Source: Camelus ferus (lineage: Eukaryota). Taken from it: a stretch of 64,000 nt of DNA. The notes below the pieces were generated by a model that worked only from the letters and a program-made list of their open reading frames with translations, ran no database searches and was not told the DNA's origin. The stretch is taken from NCBI RefSeq assembly GCF_009834535.1, contig NC_045696.1, positions 112,346,001 to 112,410,000 on the forward strand, read 5' to 3'. Positions 12,455 through 24,659 of the stretch are shown here, one piece after another (position 1 is the stretch's first letter; each line of letters opens with the position of its first letter). A program made the translations under genes and the position numbers.

Positions 12455-14653
12455 AGCTTTGCCTTGAATCTAGGAGCAAGTAACCAGATGCCATTGATTT
12501 TAAACCATATATTGTTTTTCTTTTTTTTTATTTCTGCTTACAGTTCCCATCGTCAAGGTGCTGCTGTAAAGTGGCCATCATTGCCTATGTGTGCACCTCA
12601 AAATCTGCAGAGTGGGTACCAGAAGCCTGGAAAAAAATCCTGACAGAAACAATGTAGATATGCTCTTTTGCCATCTTTTTTTTTTTTTTAATCTCATGGT
12701 GGTCAAAGCCAGTAGCCTGGTGCTTCTTAGCAGAAGACTTCTTCTAGGTATACACTGTTGTACTTTTTTAAAATTATAGGCCAATAGCACTGATGAACAT
12801 AGATGCAAAAATCCTCAACAAAAATACTAGCAAAACCAATTCAACAACACATTAAAGGGATCATATACATGATCAAGTGGGATTTATTCCAGGAGTGCAA
12901 GAATTTTTTAATAGCCACAAATCAATCAACATGGTATATACCACATTAACAAATTGAAGAATACAAACTATATGATCATCTCAATGATGCAGAAAAAGCT
13001 TTTGATAAAATTCAACATCCACTTATGATAAAAATTCTCCAGAAAGTGGGCATAGGGGGAACACACCTCAACATAATAAAAGCCATACATGACAAGCCCA
13101 CAGCTCACATCATACTCAATGGTGAAAAGCTGAAAGCATTTCCTCTAAGATCAGGAACAAAACAAGGATGCCCACTCTTGCTACTTTTATTCAATATAGT
13201 TTTTGAAGTCCTAACCATAGCAATCAGAGAAGAAAAAGAGATAAAAATGTTCTAAATTGAAGAAGTAAAACTGTCACTGTTTGCAGATGACATGATGCTA
13301 TACATAGAAAATCCTAAAGATGCCACCAGAAGACTAGGAGAGCTCATCAGTGAATTTGCAAAAGGTGCAGGATACAAAATTAATATACAGGAATCTGTTG
13401 TTTTTCAATATACACTAAAAATGAAGTATCAGAAAGAGAAATGGGAAACAATCCCATTTATAGTCTCATCAAAGAGAATAAAATAACCTACCTAAGAAGG
13501 CAAAAGGCCTCTACTCCAAAAACTGTAAGACACTGATGAAAGAAATTGAAGATGACACAAACAGATGGAAAGACACACTGTGTTCTTAGATGGGAAGAAT
13601 CAATATTCTTAAAATGGCCATAGTATCCAAAGCAATCTAGAGATTCAATGCAATCTCTGTCAAAATACTAGTGGCATTCTTTGCAGAAAAAATAATTCAA
13701 GAAATTTTATGGAATACAGAAGACCTCAAATAGTCAAAACAATCTTGACCACTTAAAAGAACAAAGAACAGAGCTGGAGGAATCACACTCTTGCACTTCA
13801 TACTACACTACAAATCTACAGCAATCAAAACAGTATGGTACTGACACAAAAACATGCACATAGATCAAAGGAACAGGATAGAAAGCCCAGAAATAAACCC
13901 ATGTACTTATGGTCAATTAATCTATGACAAAGGAGGCAAGAGTATACAGTGGAGAAAAGATGGTTTCTTCAATAAGTTGTTCTGGGAAAACTGGACAGCT
14001 ACATGTAAAAGAATGACATTAGAACATTCTTTACTGCCATATACAAAAATAAACTCAAAATGGATTAAAGACCAAAACGTAAAACCATATATTCTAAAAC
14101 TCATAGAGTAAAACATAGGCAGAACACTCTTTAACATAAATTGCAGCAATATTTTTGGGGGGATTGGACTCCTAAAAGCAAAAGTAAACAAATGGGAACT
14201 AATTAAACTTAAAAGTTGCAAAAGGCACAGCAAAGGAAACCATCGATGAAACAAAAAGACAACCTACTGAATGGAAGAAAATATTTGCAAATGATGTGCC
14301 TGATAAGGCATTAATACTTCCATTGTTCCTGATGTTCTTGAGGAGACAAGTGACGATGCCGAGTTGAAAAGTAATCAAGAGGAGTGGGTCTCTAAGCGTA
14401 GAGACGTTCAGGAACATTTTAATCAAGTTTTATTTCACTTACACTTTCCCCATTCCACACGGTTCAGAGTGGCATATGATGAGAATCTAAGTCTAAAGTC
14501 TAGAACACTTTTCAGTAAGTTAAAGACAAAAATTCTAAGTGGAAAGAAAGCATAGCACCATAGTTTAATTGTCAGTATTTTTTTCTCTCTTGGTGGTACA
14601 TAAAATAATGGTGTGTCTTACAGTGATACCATCTTTGATTTGATGAAATACAG
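12455..14653 (+). mobile_element. Kanga1-like TcMar-Tc2 DNA transposon remnant, split by an L1 fragment
   Basis: Right TIR ...catctttgatttgatgaaatacag|TA; degenerate left end ttgaatctag...agatgccattgatt. Pogo-type transposase C-terminal remnants SKSAEWVPEAWKKI (~12598-12640) and VLEETSDDAELKS (~14334-14372). Confidence 0.7.
12770..14316 (+). mobile_element. Internal LINE-1 ORF2 (reverse transcriptase region) fragment, degenerate
   Basis: ORFs 13025-13255, 13292-13486 and 13854-14111 are L1 ORF2 ([14 protein letters not shown] near 13278, [11 protein letters not shown]). Several stops/frameshifts; no 3'UTR. Confidence 0.95.
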
Positions 14654-14659
14654 TAACAT

Positions 14660-14900
14660 AGTGTCTTAGAACATCAGTCAGACAAACCTGGAATAATTGT
14701 TCAATCTTCTACCTCTTATTACCTGGGAGTCCTTGAATGAATCACTTCACATCCCTGATTTTTAATTTCATCATTTTTCAAAAGAGCATATTAAAGTTTT
14801 TGTCAAGTGTTTTTGCAAGGATTAAATGGAACAATGCAGGGACAGTACCTTAGCACAGTGCTGAGCACATACTGAGGATTTTGTAAATACTAGCTCCTGC
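14660..14900 (+). mobile_element. MIR SINE
   Basis: cagtcagacaaacctgg...ccttgaatgaatcacttcac...ggattaaatg...cttagcacagtgctgagcacat. Confidence 0.7.
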
Positions 14901-15321
14901 TGGAGTTGCTCACATGTGTCAATATGGGCAAGTCAAAACTTCTTTTAGGGCTCTTGTGATGCTCAAAGGCACTAATATTATGAAAGCACAAAATGGTAAA
15001 CTGCTATACAAATAAGCTATTATTGTTTGTAATTGTAGTATCACTGGTGACTATATTCAGCAACAAGTATACTGTCTCCCACGGTTATGAGCATCTTGAC
15101 GCAGAAAGGATTTACCACCTGGGTTCAAGCAGAGGCTGAAGGAAGAGACAGATGAAAACTTTTCTGGCAAATGGAAGAGGAGAACCTGAGTTAGGCCATC
15201 TCTAAGGTCCCTTCCACAGGAAGGATTTTTTGAAATTAAGAATTAATAAGGTTAATATATTGAGATAGTGTAATGTGTCGGGATGTAGGATTGTATCAAA
15301 CTGAGGAATGTGTAGCAAGTA

Positions 15322-15656
15322 CAGCCTCCCCTCGGTGTCTGCAGGTGATCAGTTCCAGGACCCCCAGGGACACCGAATCCCTGATGCTCAGGTCCCTTGT
15401 ATAAAATGATGTGTTATTTGTGTATACCCTACACATCCTCCTGTATAACTTACATCATCTCTAGATTACTTATAGTACTAATACAATGTAAGTGCTATGG
15501 AAATAGTTGTAAATACAATGAAAATGCTATGTAAATAGTTGCAGGTGTGTGGCCAATTCAAGTTTTACTTTTTGGAACTTTCTGGAACGTTTCTTGTGAA
15601 TGTGTCTGATCTGCGGTTGGTGGAACACGCAGATGCTAAAGCCGAGATGCTGACTA
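15322..15656. mobile_element. MER2/MER2B-like TcMar-Tigger MITE
   Basis: TA|cagcctcccctcggtgtctgc...ttccaggacccc...catctctagattacttat...attcaagttttactttttggaactttctgg. Confidence 0.85.
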
Positions 15657-17250
15657 TACTCAGCCCTTGGTGGATCCCCAGCCTTTAGGCCTCCTGCTTT
15701 TCACTTTCTTGGCTTCAATCCCTCTTCTCCAAACTCATCATCTCTTCACCCTAACCCGGTTTCCTATCCTTTCTCCCATGAGCCCATGTTTTCCTCTGGC
15801 TTTCTTTGTCCCAAATATATCTAGTGCTGGTAATGGTGAGAAACTTTTTGGCTCAATATTTTGTTTTCCTTAGTTTTGGGGAGGGGGCAGGAGTGGGAGG
15901 GGGGAAAAGTGCTGATTTTGGCACCAAGTCTCAAATTAGAATTGTAAATGCTGGGAGCCTGGTCTTCTCTCCCACTGGCCATTCTGGCAAATGGCTCTTC
16001 TCCCCACCCTCCCTTGAAATGTTTCTTATGGTGAATAGGCTCCATCGTGGACTTGTGATTCCTGAAATCTAAAACCTTTACAAATGTATTTTTTTTTTCT
16101 TAGCAGATGAGGAACTTTGAAAAATTATAGCCTGCCAGACGGGTTTAAACAATTCATCTGGTATGTTGAAGCTAATTAGACATGCAACATAAACACTGCC
16201 ATGATAAAAATGTACAGAAAAGGCATTTCACAAACAAGATGACTATAAAATCCTACATCTGATCAAAAATGTTTAAAAAGAAACAAGTCTGTGCCAAAAT
16301 TTTTTCCAAGGCCCATTATTTTGAGTGTGATGTCTGCAGAAGGAGCCAAGCCACTGAAGAACTTGATGTTAAAGAGTGAAGGGCTCAAGCTAAACACAAA
16401 ATGATTAGGAGTCCAGGGGGGAGGCATGGCTCCTGCTGTCCTTGGCGCTAAGCTTGTGAATTTTTCTTGAAACTTGGCTGTTCCTGTAGGCACCTCACCT
16501 TGCATGACTTTGGGATCTAATTTCTGTTCATGTCCTAAGATCTCAACTGACTTTCCCTTTAGGTTTGCTTTTCAGAAGACAAAGATGTTGAGTTCATGTA
16601 AATCAACGGAGATGTTTGAGAGAATTAATGATCAGTATCTCCAAGTCTGTTGGGATGCATTGCTATGGTATAAGAGGTAGAAGCAGGGATGGACAATTTG
16701 TTCATTCAAAATTTCCAGGTCGAGCAGTTTCTACATGCAAACATGGGACTATGGAAGACAACAAAATGAGTGAGACAGGACTCTGACCTCTTAGAATTGC
16801 TGCAAGAAAGTCAATACATTTATAACAGTAACTACAATCAGTGACAATGTTCAGCGTTGATTTTGAACAGGAAAAGCAAACACTCCAGTTACTTTTTTTT
16901 TAATATACTAATTGTTAATAGGAGACGTAATTCCAGGACAGCAAAAATGAGAGAGAAATAGTGTAGTGAATGAGGCAGGAATCTATCAACCTCACCAAAA
17001 GAGTATATAATTAACACCAAAAATGATGACAAATGATGACTGCAACACTTAAGAAAATAGCAAATCCAAAGAGATGTAAAAACATGCTTTGATTTAATTT
17101 TTTTATTTTAATCAATCTCCTAAAATTTGAAATTGATTTATAAAATCATTAATTCAGTCATCTAACAAGTGCTTACTAAATGTCAACTACATGGTAAGGA
17201 TTTGCCTTAGCTTTGGTCTTATTATTTACAATGACAATGTTTTTCTGGCC

Positions 17251-18140
17251 AAATAGGTGCATGAAAAATGCTCAATACCGCTAATTATCAGAGAAATGCA
17301 AATCAAAGCCACAATGAGGTATCACCTCACACCAGTCAGAATGGCCATCATTAAAAAGTCCACAAATGATAAATGCTGGAGAAGATGTGAAGAAAAGGGA
17401 ACCCTCCTACACCATTGGTCAGAATGTAGTTTGGTGCAGCCATTATGGAAAACAGTATGGAGATTTCTCAAAAAACTAAAAATAGACTTACCATGTGATT
17501 CAGTAATCCCACCCCTGGGCATATATCCAAAGAGAATCCTAATTCTAAAAGACACATGCATCCCAATGTTCATAGCAGCACTATATACAATAGCCAAGAC
17601 ATGGAAGCAACCTAAATGTCCATTGACAGATGACTGGATAAAGAAGCTGTGGTACACTGACACAATGGAATACTACTCAGCCATAATAAGAATAAAATAA
17701 TGCCATTTGCTGCAACATGGATGGACCTAGAGATTGTCATTCTAAGTGAAGTAAGCCAGAAAAAGAAAGAAAAATACCACATTGTATCACTCATATGTGG
17801 AATCTAAAAAAAAGAAAAAGAAAAAAAGAGGACATTAATGAATTCATCTACAAAACAGAAACAGACTTGCAGACATAGTAAACAATCTTATCATTACTGG
17901 GAGAAAGGGAGTGGGAAGGGATAAATTTGGGAGTTTGAGATTTGCAAATATTATCCACTATATATAAAAATAGATAAAATAAAATAAGTTTCTTTTGTAT
18001 AGAACAGGGAACTATATTCTATCTTGTAATAACCTTCAATGAAAACGAATATATGTATGTATATGCATGACTGGGACATTGTGCTATATACCAGAAATCT
18101 ACACTAATATTATAACTGACTGTACTTCAATTAAAAAAAT
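17251..18140 (+). mobile_element. 5'-truncated LINE-1 (ORF2 zinc knuckle + 3'UTR)
   Basis: ORF 17257-17700 is the ORF2 C-terminus ([21 protein letters not shown]). TSD atgtttttctggcc (17237-17250) / atatttttctggcc (18141-18154). Confidence 0.95.
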
Positions 18141-18699
18141 ATATTTTTCTGGCCTACAACCTGGACAAACTGAAGGCTTAGGGTGAGAGTCAATTTAAAT
18201 GTAAAGACCAGGAGTACTAAATCTACTTCATCTGGGGCTTGAGGCCAGTTCTTTTACTACACATAGAACCTACATAATCTGATTCTAAATGGGCCTGCTA
18301 CATGTTTATATTTCAGATATAAATGGAATAAATGGTGGTGTTAGGTAGATTTTTCACTTAAACAAATGAAAAATCAGGAAACCTTAAACCATTTCTCCAC
18401 GAAAAGACAGTCTCTACTGATGCATTAAAATATACATGGAGGACGACTTTTTAAAAATCCATCTCTGTACAAAAACTGAAAAATGGAAACCAGAGGTTCT
18501 AATATTTACACAAAGGAAAAATTTTGATTTAAAATGTAAAATAATTGGTAATAATCATTTTTCACTAAACATAGCTGCTGCTTTAATAGTTTATTATCTA
18601 CAACCTATAAAACAGCAAGAAATACAATTAGTATAATACTAAAAGGAGGAAAAGTCATTTACAAAAAGGCCGAACTCTTTTTATGTGATGAGTTTAACA

Positions 18700-19080
18700 C
18701 TATTTTTTGCAAATATTGCCTCTTCCTCATTAGAACTTCTGTTGGAACCTCTCACCCTCTCCTCCAAGTTTTTTCTTAATTTTAAAAAATTTTATGGGGG
18801 TCCTGGGATTGAACCCAGGACCCTGTGCATGCTAAGCATGAATGCTCTGAGCTATACCTCGCCCTCTCCTCAATGTTTTTAAGTTCTGTTTTATATTCTA
18901 TCATTTTGCCTTATGTAATTTCTCCATATCTGGCTTCTCTTAAACTAATTCTTTCAGCAGGTTCTAATCTGCAGTTTCTTCTCCTTAACTAACTTTTCCA
19001 GCAGGTTGCCTCATCCACTGAGTTTTTATTTTTAATTGTTATAATTTTTAATTTGACTTTTTTCACCCTGAATGTCTCAA
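18700..19080 (-). mobile_element. Ancient L1M/HAL1 5'/ORF1-region fragment hosting a SINE
   Basis: taattctttcagcaggttctaatctgc...catccactgagtttttattttaatt resembles antisense old L1 ORF1. Confidence 0.5.
18775..18864 (-). mobile_element. vic-1-type SINE (diverged)
   Basis: ctgggattgaacccaggaccctgtgcatgctaagcatg...ctgagctatacc. Confidence 0.88.
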
Positions 19081-19379
19081 AATTTCCTCAAGTCTCTTAT
19101 TCTGTTTTTAGTGATTGATCTAGAATTCTCCCATTTAGTTGCTTCCAGTGAAAGGACTGGTCTGGGTGTCTAGTTCCCTAGGGCCTGCCTCCTGGTATAA
19201 ATCCAAGGCTGACATTTATAGCCCACTGCATGTACATTATACCCGGACTGGGTGCTCCTGGAAACTCCTAACATAGATAAAATGTAAATGGCCATGTCAT
19301 TTACATGGATTGCAAAATAAAGACTGCCTCCTGGCATTGTGTGGGTCCTGGTGTCCCCAGAAATAGAAGCCTGGGTACT

Positions 19380-19550
19380 TTACAAATGATTTGAAAGCCT
19401 TACCACAACAGATTCTTGTGTTCATGTAACAGGTGAGAATAAAGAGGCTTGGAAACGTTCAAGCCCTGTCTCAGAGTCATATGACTAAGAAGCAGAAAGC
19501 CAAGATTTGCGAGCTGACTCAGTGTACTACAAAGTGCCCATTCTTTGCAC
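19380..19550 (-). mobile_element. MIR SINE fragment
   Basis: acaggtgagaataaagaggcttggaaacgttcaag...cagaaagccaagatttg. Confidence 0.6.
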
Positions 19551-19989
19551 CATCGGCCTGGACTCAGGGGGAGAGATTAAACACCAAAGTGAGTCAGAGC
19601 AATTCATCCTGCCCTGTGACCCTGGGCCACTGAGGTTTTGGTTGACCATTTAGCCAATGTTTGCTCATCTCCCCAAACAGCAGGCCTAGAGCTGTCAGCA
19701 CAAATATACTATCCAGAGCCAAGAACCTTCATTGCTGGTGTCATCCTTAGGGAAATTTCCCCAAATAGTATCTTTGTTTTCAACTCATTTGAGTTTCTGG
19801 AAATAAAAGTTACTAAAACTCAGCACAGAAATGAACTCCTCTTTATTAAAAATATTTTTAAGCTTTAAGTTATACATGGTCATTTCTGTCTCTCCCAGAA
19901 CATGTAAGAAAGGTAATTTCTAATAATACTCAGTATCAAACTGAAAAATGGGGAGCCTTTTAATAAAAGGCACGGGGATTGTCTTTGTC

Positions 19990-20105
19990 CCTTCTTTCCT
20001 TCCTTCCTTCCTCCCTCCCTTTCTTCCCTCCTTCCTTCCTTTCTTCCTTCCTTCCCTCCTTCCTTCCTCCTTTCCTTCTCTCCCTCCCTTCCCTTCTTCC
20101 ATCCC
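19990..20105. repeat. (TTCC)n/(TCCC)n polypyrimidine simple repeat
   Basis: Read directly; it explains the overlapping low-complexity ORFs at 19880-20164. Confidence 0.95.
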
Positions 20106-20245
20106 CCTTGCCACCACCCCAACCACCTGTGAAATGCCAGGCCCTCAAGGAGCTTAGATTCTAGTGTGGTGGTGTGAAGCTAGAAAACAAAAAAGTGAAT
20201 AGATACATAAATGATACTTTCAGACAGTGAAAAAGACTAAATATG

Positions 20246-20738
20246 TGTGAACAAAAAATATTGCAAACCGTATCAGTAAACATAGAACTCTGGCCATCAA
20301 TCCATCAACCGCTACTGCCACCCCTGACAGTGAGTAGAAGAAAGGATGCAGACAAGCAGGCAGCCCCCATCAATGGTGTCCCCCCACCCAGGAAACTCAG
20401 GATGTGACAGAACAGGATACTGGCCCTAGACAGCTAGGTGCATAATAAAGGAATGATTTCAGTGAGCCCAGAACTTTGCATCTTCCCATGCATAGAAAAG
20501 TGCTTAATTCCTTAACTTGAGATGTCTGCTTTTCTTTAATTAACAATATTCTTTTGGTGTTCCAATTACCTGGTCTTTGTTGTAAAAACTCGTATATATC
20601 CTGGCTCCTCCCCTACCTCTTTCAAGCAGTCTCTCAGAGCTATCTGAGAGGCTGTCATCCTGGGCTGAGTCCTCAGAAAGTCCATCGAATAAAACCTAAC
20701 TCTCGACTTTTAGGTTGTGTATTTTATTTCAGTCGACA
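20246..20738 (+). mobile_element. ERV1-class solo LTR (MER41-like)
   Basis: TG...CA ends (tgtgaac...cagtcgaca), 4-bp TSD tatg/catg, TATA-like tatatat ~20593, AATAAA ~20689. Sits in L2-like sequence; same family as 50935-51443. Confidence 0.88.
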
Positions 20739-21380
20739 CATGATATCAAACAGGCAGATAAAACATAAAAGAACGGGGCAGAGCAGATTTAAATAGGGCC
20801 TTGAGAGACTGCCACACCCAGGTAGGGACCTGAAGGATGAGAAATCACCCACACCAGCCCAGCACCCTAGGAAGAGCCTTTCAGAGAGAGATACGCATGG
20901 GTGCCAAGCTTAGAAGTAGGAAGGAGGCCAGTATGTTGGGTCAGACAGCCCTTGTATGCCGTGGTCACGGGATGGGTTTTATTCTGAGTACCTGGGAAGC
21001 TATCGGGGGATTTGAAGCAGGGAGGGACAGAGTTTGATTTATAGTCTTTGACATTTACTTAGCTGCTGTAGACCAAGAGTAGAGCAGGGTGGTGAGTTAG
21101 GGGACCCTTAAAAGCCCGGGTGAGAGGCATTGAAGGATCTGACTGGACTGGTGTGGTGGAGATGGAGAGCCCAGGATGGAGTCGGGGTGCATTTGAACGT
21201 ATAGCTGACAGGACACATGGTGGTGTTAGGTATTCAGATGAGTGGAGGCACGGGGCAGATAGGTGGAGGAGAGGGAGGATGGTCCAGAAGATGGAGTTAT
21301 GCCCGCCTCCAGCATAAAGGGGCTTTACTTCCTCTAAATGAGCGCCAGCAAGGAACTAGTTAGAACCCAACAGCCACAAC

Positions 21381-21747
21381 TGTGTGGTAGGGAGAAGGAC
21401 CTAACCAACATGACCCGGTGCTCATTGTAATATAATTAGCATTGTGGTTTAGGGCACCCCCTCCATGAGTTTTTCTGTGTGCATCGTGGGTAAGGATGTG
21501 CACAAAAGGAGAGGAGCGTGACTCCAGGAGCAAGAGTCATCAGTCAATCAAGAGACCGCCTCTAAGTGAGGGTATAAGAGAAGAGGCAAAGACCACCACT
21601 TTTCCTCCCTTGCATCAGCCAGTCCCCTGTTCCTAGAGGGGGACTTTCCCTTTACTAAATAAAACCTTTAAAATCTTTTGCTACACATTTGAATTCTTAT
21701 CTTTTGGATATATTTGGGGTCTTTTCCCTTCCCCTTTTGGGGTAACA
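21381..21747 (+). mobile_element. Probable ancient solo LTR, family unassigned
   Basis: TG...CA ends (tgtgtgg...ggggtaaca), TATAAG ~21574, AATAAA ~21658; no TSD seen. Confidence 0.45.
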
Positions 21748-21984
21748 GAGGCACCGAATGAGTGTGCGAAGGACGGGGAACTGCTGAGGACGAAATGTCT
21801 GCCTCATCTTTTAAGTTGCCTTTAGGACTAATTCACAGATGAAAGAAGCAAATGCTGAGTGACTCAGCTGAGAGATCTTGACCCAGGATCCAAGAGACGC
21901 CATCCCGGGACATGGAGGAAACAAGGCAGAGCTATGTTTGAATGACCAATGTCGCAGTTTGCCTTTCGGGAGATGCAGTTATTA

Positions 21985-22125
21985 GAGCCTTGCTACTTAA
22001 AGGGTGGTCTGGGCAGCAGCACTGAATTACCTGGTCAGAAAAGCAGAGTCCCCTTCCCTGCCCCAGGCCTGCTGCTCTGTAACAAGATCCCTGGGGGATT
22101 GGTGCTCCCACTATGGCTGGAGATG
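21985..22125. mobile_element. MER5A-like MITE
   Basis: ccttgctacttaaagggtggtctgggcagcagc...taacaagatccctggggga. Confidence 0.65.
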
Positions 22126-23089
22126 CAGCGGCACAGAGAGGTTCTGGCTGGTTGGAGGGCACCCTTCAGTTTAAGAAATAAACAAAGGCCCTACGCTTAT
22201 TTGGCATTAGCAACTTTAAAAAACAGAAATTGCTTTCACTGAAACAACAACAACAAAAACCATCAAAATAAAACATAAAACCAGCTCCTATAAACCTGCT
22301 TCCAAAGCACCCTACTTGCTAGATTTCTTCCCCGTCACTGTGGTGATTGCACACATGAGAATGGAAATCTGCACAAATCTGGTTAGCCGACTTCAGGGCC
22401 TGGTGGTCAGGAATACTGCTCTCCAGTAATATTTTAAAGGAAACATTACTTTCTTCAATTATAAATAGAGGTCACAGCAATTTCTGCGCAGACCCCTAAA
22501 TGTTTTATGATATTTTTAATGAAAAAAAGGCAAAGAAGCCAATGCTTCCATATATCATACACACAAGAACAGCAAAACATTATAATAAAAATCTATGTAC
22601 TCAACTACATTTTCAACCGGCAGTGAATCTACTGAGAATGGAACCATTTATATATAGCTCATTTCTTCCGCGAGTTCAGGGGAACTTCGCTGAAATTCAC
22701 TTTCCTCAAAATCTGGGTTTCCTTCCTGGAGATGTCACCTAAAAACTGAATGCAAAAGCCATCTGTTTAAAAAACTAAATCAAGATGTTTTCTAGAGCGG
22801 CGGTGCTGGTATCTCTGTATTGGCTTGCACAGAGGTTATTAATCAAAGTTTGGAGAGAATCAAAGTTCAAGTCAACAAGCATTTACTGAACACCTGTAAC
22901 ACTTAGGCATTTTTGAATCATGTGCATAGAGGGCTACTGAAAGTTGCTGATGGAGAAGTTTCCATGTTGACAAATTCAAAGACAAGAGCAGTGAACTTTC
23001 CTTAAAACTTAAAATGCTCCCAACTATGGAGATTTAGTCCCTCTTTGAAGGTTTAAATTTACTATGTCTTCTTTCCCCCTTCTTTTTCA

Positions 23090-23370
23090 ATATCCGAATG
23101 CCTAAATGAGCCCTCCTCAAAAGATCTTTCCTGCCCACCCAATCGAACATGGGTTTTCCCTCTTGTTCTCCCATATAACCTAGTTCTTTCCTTTCGTGGC
23201 ACTAGTATACGCTCTGATTTTCTGTGTCGCTTTATTTGCTTTCACTCTGTCTTCCCATCAGATCACTTTTCATGAGAACAGGAACTGGTCTGACTTGCTC
23301 TCCAATGATTATAAGCTATCTAGTGGTTCACGCTTTCAGGCAAACAATAAATATTTGTTGAATGAATACA
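23090..23370 (+). mobile_element. L2 3' end
   Basis: catgagaacaggaactggtctgactt...caataaatatttgttgaatgaat. Confidence 0.7.
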
Positions 23371-24659
23371 TAAAAGTCTTAACAAACTGTCAAAAGCTCT
23401 TCTCTGCTCTACTGATTACCACCTGCTCATTTCAGATGCCCTGATTAAAATTCATCTCTTTTTAAGTTTCTAATTCATCTGCCTATCCACTGGAAACACT
23501 ATGTGTGCTAGGTAGAGTATATTTGTCTAGAAGAGAATAAACATATACTTTTGAGGGCTCTGATTCTAAATCTCAACTGTCCTAAACATCCAACAATCAT
23601 GGAATATCAGAAACTTTTTATTATTTTATTGAATTTCCTGTTTTCCCCCGTAAATCTATATGTGGAAGCCAGTTGTAAGTGACATGACTTTACTAAATCA
23701 AGGTTTTTCATCAGTTACTAAAAGCTTAATAATCAAGTTCAACATGTAAGTTATTAGTACCAAAATTCCCATTAAAGTCATTTGCCTGTTTACTATCCTA
23801 TCCAAATGAATGGTAGATTTCAAAGAAGAAATTTAGAAAGATCGATCTATTTAGAACATACATAAGAAACACAGACACAAGGGACCCAGTGGAGTGGTTT
23901 CCAGTTTGTATAAGGATGACAGGATGGCTGCAGCTGGGCTGACCACAAACAGGAGGCAAATAAAACCCAGGAGCCACCAATAAGGAAACCCCATCAAGTG
24001 GAAAGAGAAGGCAAATCCTCAGTCTAAATTTGTCTCTGGGTCAGAATTTCAAAGCTGCTTGTCAGTGAGTACGCTTACCAGGTTCCCAGGGAACAAGACA
24101 GAGAATCTGTGAGAAATATTTAGAAAAATTTCTGAAACAGTCAATTCTGCTTCCCAGGGGGAAACAACATCCGACACAGTCCATTGGAATCCCCAGATCT
24201 ACTATACCTGCAAAGATTTTGAAGGACTCAAATGCGCATTCCATTCCCAGTATAGGACCTATTAATTTGCTAAATGTACTTTTTCTTTATAAAAGTAATA
24301 AAGGTCATTAAAGAAAATTTGGGAAGTAGAGAAATAAAGGGCACCACTCGCCATTGCTAGTATCGCCAGAGGTCAAAGATTAACTGATAATGGTAAAATG
24401 GGCAGAGAAACAGTTTGTCTTCTACTCATCAGTTTCATATACTTGCCTGCCATGATTACTGGAAGGAGCTTCAAGTATTGATTTAAGGGAGGGTGGAGAG
24501 GCACCAAATGCATTCAAGATAAAAAAGCAAAGCTTAATTATAGTTACTTATATTCCCTAGCTTTTCACACATTTCATTGCTGAACAGTCAGAGGTCTGGG
24601 GGTGGGGGCTCTTTCATCTTGCTCAGGTCTCAGTTGTAGTGGACACTGTAATGGGCTTA

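Noticed and set aside
12544..12615. Plus-strand exon after a strong acceptor (FPSSRCCCKVAIIAYVCTSKSAEW)
   Set aside because: It lies in the Kanga-like remnant, its end is decayed transposase sequence, and the donor is weak
19880..20164. Five overlapping ORFs with EGRK/LPSF repeats
   Set aside because: They are translations of a (TTCC)n simple repeat
20246..20738. Interferon-responsive GAS site in the MER41-like LTRs
   Set aside because: I saw no TTCnnnGAA in either copy; the closest is TCCTCAGAA
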